Notes under the pieces: generated by a model
What the model was told of the DNA's origin: nothing
The model's database searches: none
The model's input: only the letters and a program-made list of their open reading frames with translations
From: a virus
Taxonomy: Duplodnaviria; Caudoviricetes
IMG/VR virus record: IMGVR_UViG_3300035208_004396
Direction: 5' to 3' (one strand)
DNA length: 64,000 nucleotides
Program-made: the position numbers and the translations under genes
In this document: positions 61,285-64,000 of the stretch, piece by piece
Position numbering within the stretch: the stretch's first letter is position 1
How the letters are laid out: every line of letters starts with the position of its first letter

Positions 61285-62073
61285 TCACTTATTTAATCGC
61301 TGTTTTTCGTCATCTTTTACACCTTTTATGAATGATTCTTTAGATTTAAGCCATTCTTTATTCAATGGAGATTTATATAACGGAATATTGATATTTTTAA
61401 TATTATAATCTAGATACATCGATCTAATTTCATCGATTAAACTATCGCTCATAGATGAAATCTCTAATTTTGCTATTTTCTCGTTGGAATTTTCCGATTT
61501 TACTAAACTTTCTTCATAAAGACTCTTATAATCCATACTGAAGTCTATTTTATCATCGCCATAACGTAAAACACTCTTGAAATCTTCTACATTTAATCCA
61601 TAATATATTGATTTAGGTGAATAATTTGCTAAATAATCTCGCATAATTTTTGAAAATTGTGCTATATCCATCTTATCATGAGAGTTATTTTCCGACCATT
61701 CTTCGAATTCTTTAAAATATCTTTCGTATAAGTATTGTATCTTATTTAACATGGACTTAATCCAACTATCTTTTACAGGAGCTATTTCACTTCCTATACA
61801 TTTCAAACTCGGTATAACTGTCATTTTATCTGAAATAGTGAATGCAAATTCCTTGTCATTAAGTCTTTTAGAAAGATCAGTATTGATATTTTTTGTGAAA
61901 AACCAAATAGGTTTAGTTTTATAACCGAATAATGTTTTCGCACTTAATTTAGCTTCATCATATTTACGTCCGAAACGAGCTTCTCTATCAGCTTCGGCTT
62001 TTTTGAAATATTGTTGATAATTATGAGAATAACCACCATAATTAGTATTATAATATTCTAAGAATCTTTCCAT
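61285..62073 (-). CDS. hypothetical late protein
   Basis: CATATATA-N5-ATG; MERFLE N-terminus. Confidence 0.7.
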   Translation of the reverse strand: MERFLEYYNTNYGGYSHNYQQYFKKAEADREARFGRKYDEAKLSAKTLFGYKTKPIWFFTKNINTDLSKRLNDKEFAFTISDKMTVIPSLKCIGSEIAPVKDSWIKSMLNKIQYLYERYFKEFEEWSENNSHDKMDIAQFSKIMRDYLANYSPKSIYYGLNVEDFKSVLRYGDDKIDFSMDYKSLYEESLVKSENSNEKIAKLEISSMSDSLIDEIRSMYLDYNIKNINIPLYKSPLNKEWLKSKESFIKGVKDDEKQRLNK

Positions 62074-62098
62074 ACTAATATATATGTGAAAATAACTA

Positions 62099-62127
62099 TT
62101 GAGAAAGATTTAATAATTTCTTATATT
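62099..62127 (+). promoter_or_regulatory. sigma70-type promoter TTGAGA-N17-TATATT
   Basis: Exact consensus, followed by non-coding DNA. Confidence 0.75.
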
Positions 62128-62133
62128 ATGATC

Positions 62134-62515
62134 ATTGGAACTGAGATTCCAATCGGCTAATTGACAATTCGGAACATTTTCAATCTTTTTAGAATTAAAC
62201 TGTAGGCTCAGAAACAGCCATCAGCTAAAGAGTGGCAAAGGTTCCTCCTAGTATAACGGGGACGGTGAAAACTTAGCAAAAGCCCGTTTAAGTCATGTTA
62301 ATTAATAGGACATGATGACATATGCTGGAGGATAATCAATCGATTTGTTACGTACATTCAAACTAGTTAAAAAACTGTGAAATAATACCAAGGCTAATGA
62401 GTGCTAAGTCTGGTCTAAGGTGAAATTTCACAGCCAGAAGATCTCCGGGTTTGATATGTATAGTATACATTCGGGTAAGTTAATTGCTCGAGCCTTTGGA
62501 GTAAAATTACATTTT
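62134..62515 (+). ncRNA. unidentified highly structured ncRNA
   Basis: At least 8 nested helices with G-U pairs and a loop-loop pairing; no ORF. Confidence 0.7.
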
Positions 62516-62607
62516 TTCTATTGAGATTCATCTAATTTTTTCTATATTTCAATTTGTTAAAGATTCAAATCTTAACTGTTAATTGAAATTTTGGTTTTAT
62601 TTTTTAT

Positions 62608-62691
62608 GCCCAGGTGGTGGAATTGGTAGACACTAGGGACTTAAAATCCCTTGGTCGTAAGATCGTGAGGGTTCGATTCCCTCTTTGGGCA
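62608..62691 (+). tRNA. tRNA-Leu(TAA)
   Basis: Cloverleaf, AGGGA-CTTAAAA-TCCCT, long variable arm, GTTCGA. Confidence 0.92.
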
Positions 62692-62769
62692 CTATAAGGC
62701 GTGGTTTAGCTGCTACGTCTTAGAAATGGAAAACGTTTGAGCTAACAAACGTTTTAGTTTCCATTAGCT

Positions 62770-62843
62770 ATATTATTCGTATAATTCTGGCAGTACAATC
62801 GCCTATCGGCAGATTGGTATGGGTTCGAATCCCATATAATATA
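62770..62843 (+). tRNA. atypical/degenerate tRNA, nominal anticodon ATC
   Basis: Perfect acceptor, D and T stems; two mismatches in the anticodon stem. Confidence 0.55.
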
Positions 62844-63013
62844 TCTTTTAGTTGAAATAAAATAGAGATTAAAAATCCTTGCCATAAACTTCCTAGATCT
62901 ATAAGGCAAAAGATAAAACGATACGTGAATGAATGTGTAATAAGCATAATCTAGTATATTCACATTATATTGTTTAATCCCCCCGTCAAGTTTTACTGGG
63001 TTCTTGACATTTT

Positions 63014-63088
63014 GGCCGAGTAACCGAATTTGGCATAGGTACTTGTTTCAAACACAAGATTTTGTGGGTTCGATTCCCGCCTTGGCCA
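63014..63088 (+). tRNA. tRNA-Leu(CAA) with short variable loop
   Basis: CTTGT-TTCAAAC-ACAAG; A73. Confidence 0.85.
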
Positions 63089-63092
63089 CTAT

Positions 63093-63164
63093 GCCGTTAT
63101 ATGTCAATGGTTAGACGAAAGGACTTTTAATCCTTGGATCCGAGTTCGAGTCTCGGTAACGGCA
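63093..63164 (+). tRNA. tRNA-Lys(TTT)
   Basis: AAGGA-CTTTTAA-TCCTT; full cloverleaf. Confidence 0.92.
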
Positions 63165-63432
63165 CTAATTTTCAGGAAAAAAGATAAAAAACCTCGACTG
63201 GATGTAAGTAAAGAGGGGTTTGACCTTTTCAGATTTTAGACGTAAAATCGATAACAAAAGGTTCTTTTTATACTTAATATAATTTAAGATCTCGATTAAG
63301 TTGAAATAAAATAGAGATTACCACCTAAATTTTCTTAGAAGTTTAGGAAAGGCTGAGTGGTTGAGCACTGACCGAGTACCACTGAAATAATAAAAAATGC
63401 AGTTCGGTCATCATTTTATAGGATTGATAACT

Positions 63433-63690
63433 ATTATGGATAAAACAATGAATAAAAATGAATTTGATGAATTATTCAAGGTTCCTGCTAATATGGATTC
63501 AGATTCATATGAGGACTGGATAAGGAAAAAGTGCATCGATCTTCGAAACGGTATTGACTTTATGATTGAGAATATTGAATATTTGGAGGGTGATGCTGGC
63601 GAATTTCCGTCCGAAAGAGAATCTGTATACGATAAATGTTATTCTAGATATCAGGAGTTATTCGATAATTCAACCGAAAATGTAGATTGA
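63433..63690 (+). CDS. hypothetical protein
   Basis: Acidic ORF; true start uncertain (AGGA upstream of MDKTM). Confidence 0.55.
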   Translation: MMDKTMNKNEFDELFKVPANMDSDSYEDWIRKKCIDLRNGIDFMIENIEYLEGDAGEFPSERESVYDKCYSRYQELFDNSTENVD

Positions 63691-63902
63691 CTATGAAATA
63701 CAATGGCATAGAACTAGTCGATGTAAGTCAGAAGGAATCTATTACAAATGATGATCCCATAGAAATGATCTGTTGGAATGATGGAGATATTCCAGTCAGG
63801 TGTATAGTTTATGCAATAGTTCCGGGAAGTAGATATCCTGTTATTACTGATTGTAATAGATGCATAGTATTTCAACATTGTGCATATAATAACGTTTTTT
63901 AA
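63687..63902 (+). CDS. hypothetical protein
   Basis: ORF track. Confidence 0.55.
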   Translation: MTMKYNGIELVDVSQKESITNDDPIEMICWNDGDIPVRCIVYAIVPGSRYPVITDCNRCIVFQHCAYNNVF

Positions 63903-63970
63903 AGTTACAGGTAAAAAGAATCACTCCACTATAATATGTCGGTTTCTTGAGAAGGTTCTTCCGACATTTA

Positions 63971-64000
63971 GGCCAGGTAGCCGAATTTGGTATAGGCGTG
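63971..64000 (+). tRNA. 5' part of a Leu-type tRNA cut by the window end
   Basis: GGCCAGG-TA-GCCGAATTTGGTATAGGC matches the D arm of the 63014 tRNA. Confidence 0.7.

Noticed and set aside
62134-62515. tmRNA, RNase P or self-splicing intron
   Set aside because: No tRNA-like ends or tag ORF, no GAGGAAAGUCC, no interrupted gene
63041-63057. TCA (opal/Sec) anticodon reading
   Set aside because: The 5-bp stem CTTGT/ACAAG centres the loop on CAA

Overview
AT-rich segment of a large T4-like myovirus (probable jumbo phage) with a strongly scrambled, frequently strand-switching gene order. Recognisable T4-superfamily genes: major capsid gp23 and scaffold gp22, sheath gp18, tube-like gp19/54, gp15, baseplate gp6/gp7-like/gp53/gp26-like x2/gp27-like, DNA end protector gp2, late sigma gp55, clamp gp45, UvsX/UvsY/UvsW, and a stand-alone C-terminal piece of DNA polymerase gp43. 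Host-like genes: IF-1, GroES, Hsp20, GH24 endolysin, DNA MTase, a galactofuranose/glycosyltransferase cluster and the start of a tRNA cluster. Main things worth follow-up: (1) about 17 genes have an NATANATA gp55-type late promoter 4-7 nt before the ATG with no Shine-Dalgarno, often bidirectional, pointing to a leaderless late transcriptome in a phage that carries its own IF-1; (2) an unannotated 51-aa late gene copies the N-terminal arm of the mature capsid protein and adds a basic tail; (3) Glf, two DUF4422 proteins and late-promoter glycosyltransferases suggest a galactofuranose glycan on the virion; (4) a ~170-bp G-tract element is duplicated 42 kb apart and flanked by four fixed-geometry 62-bp palindromes (candidate origins); (5) a ~260-380-nt highly structured ncRNA with a kissing loop lies upstream of the tRNAs. 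All assignments come from reading motifs by eye; no database searches were run.
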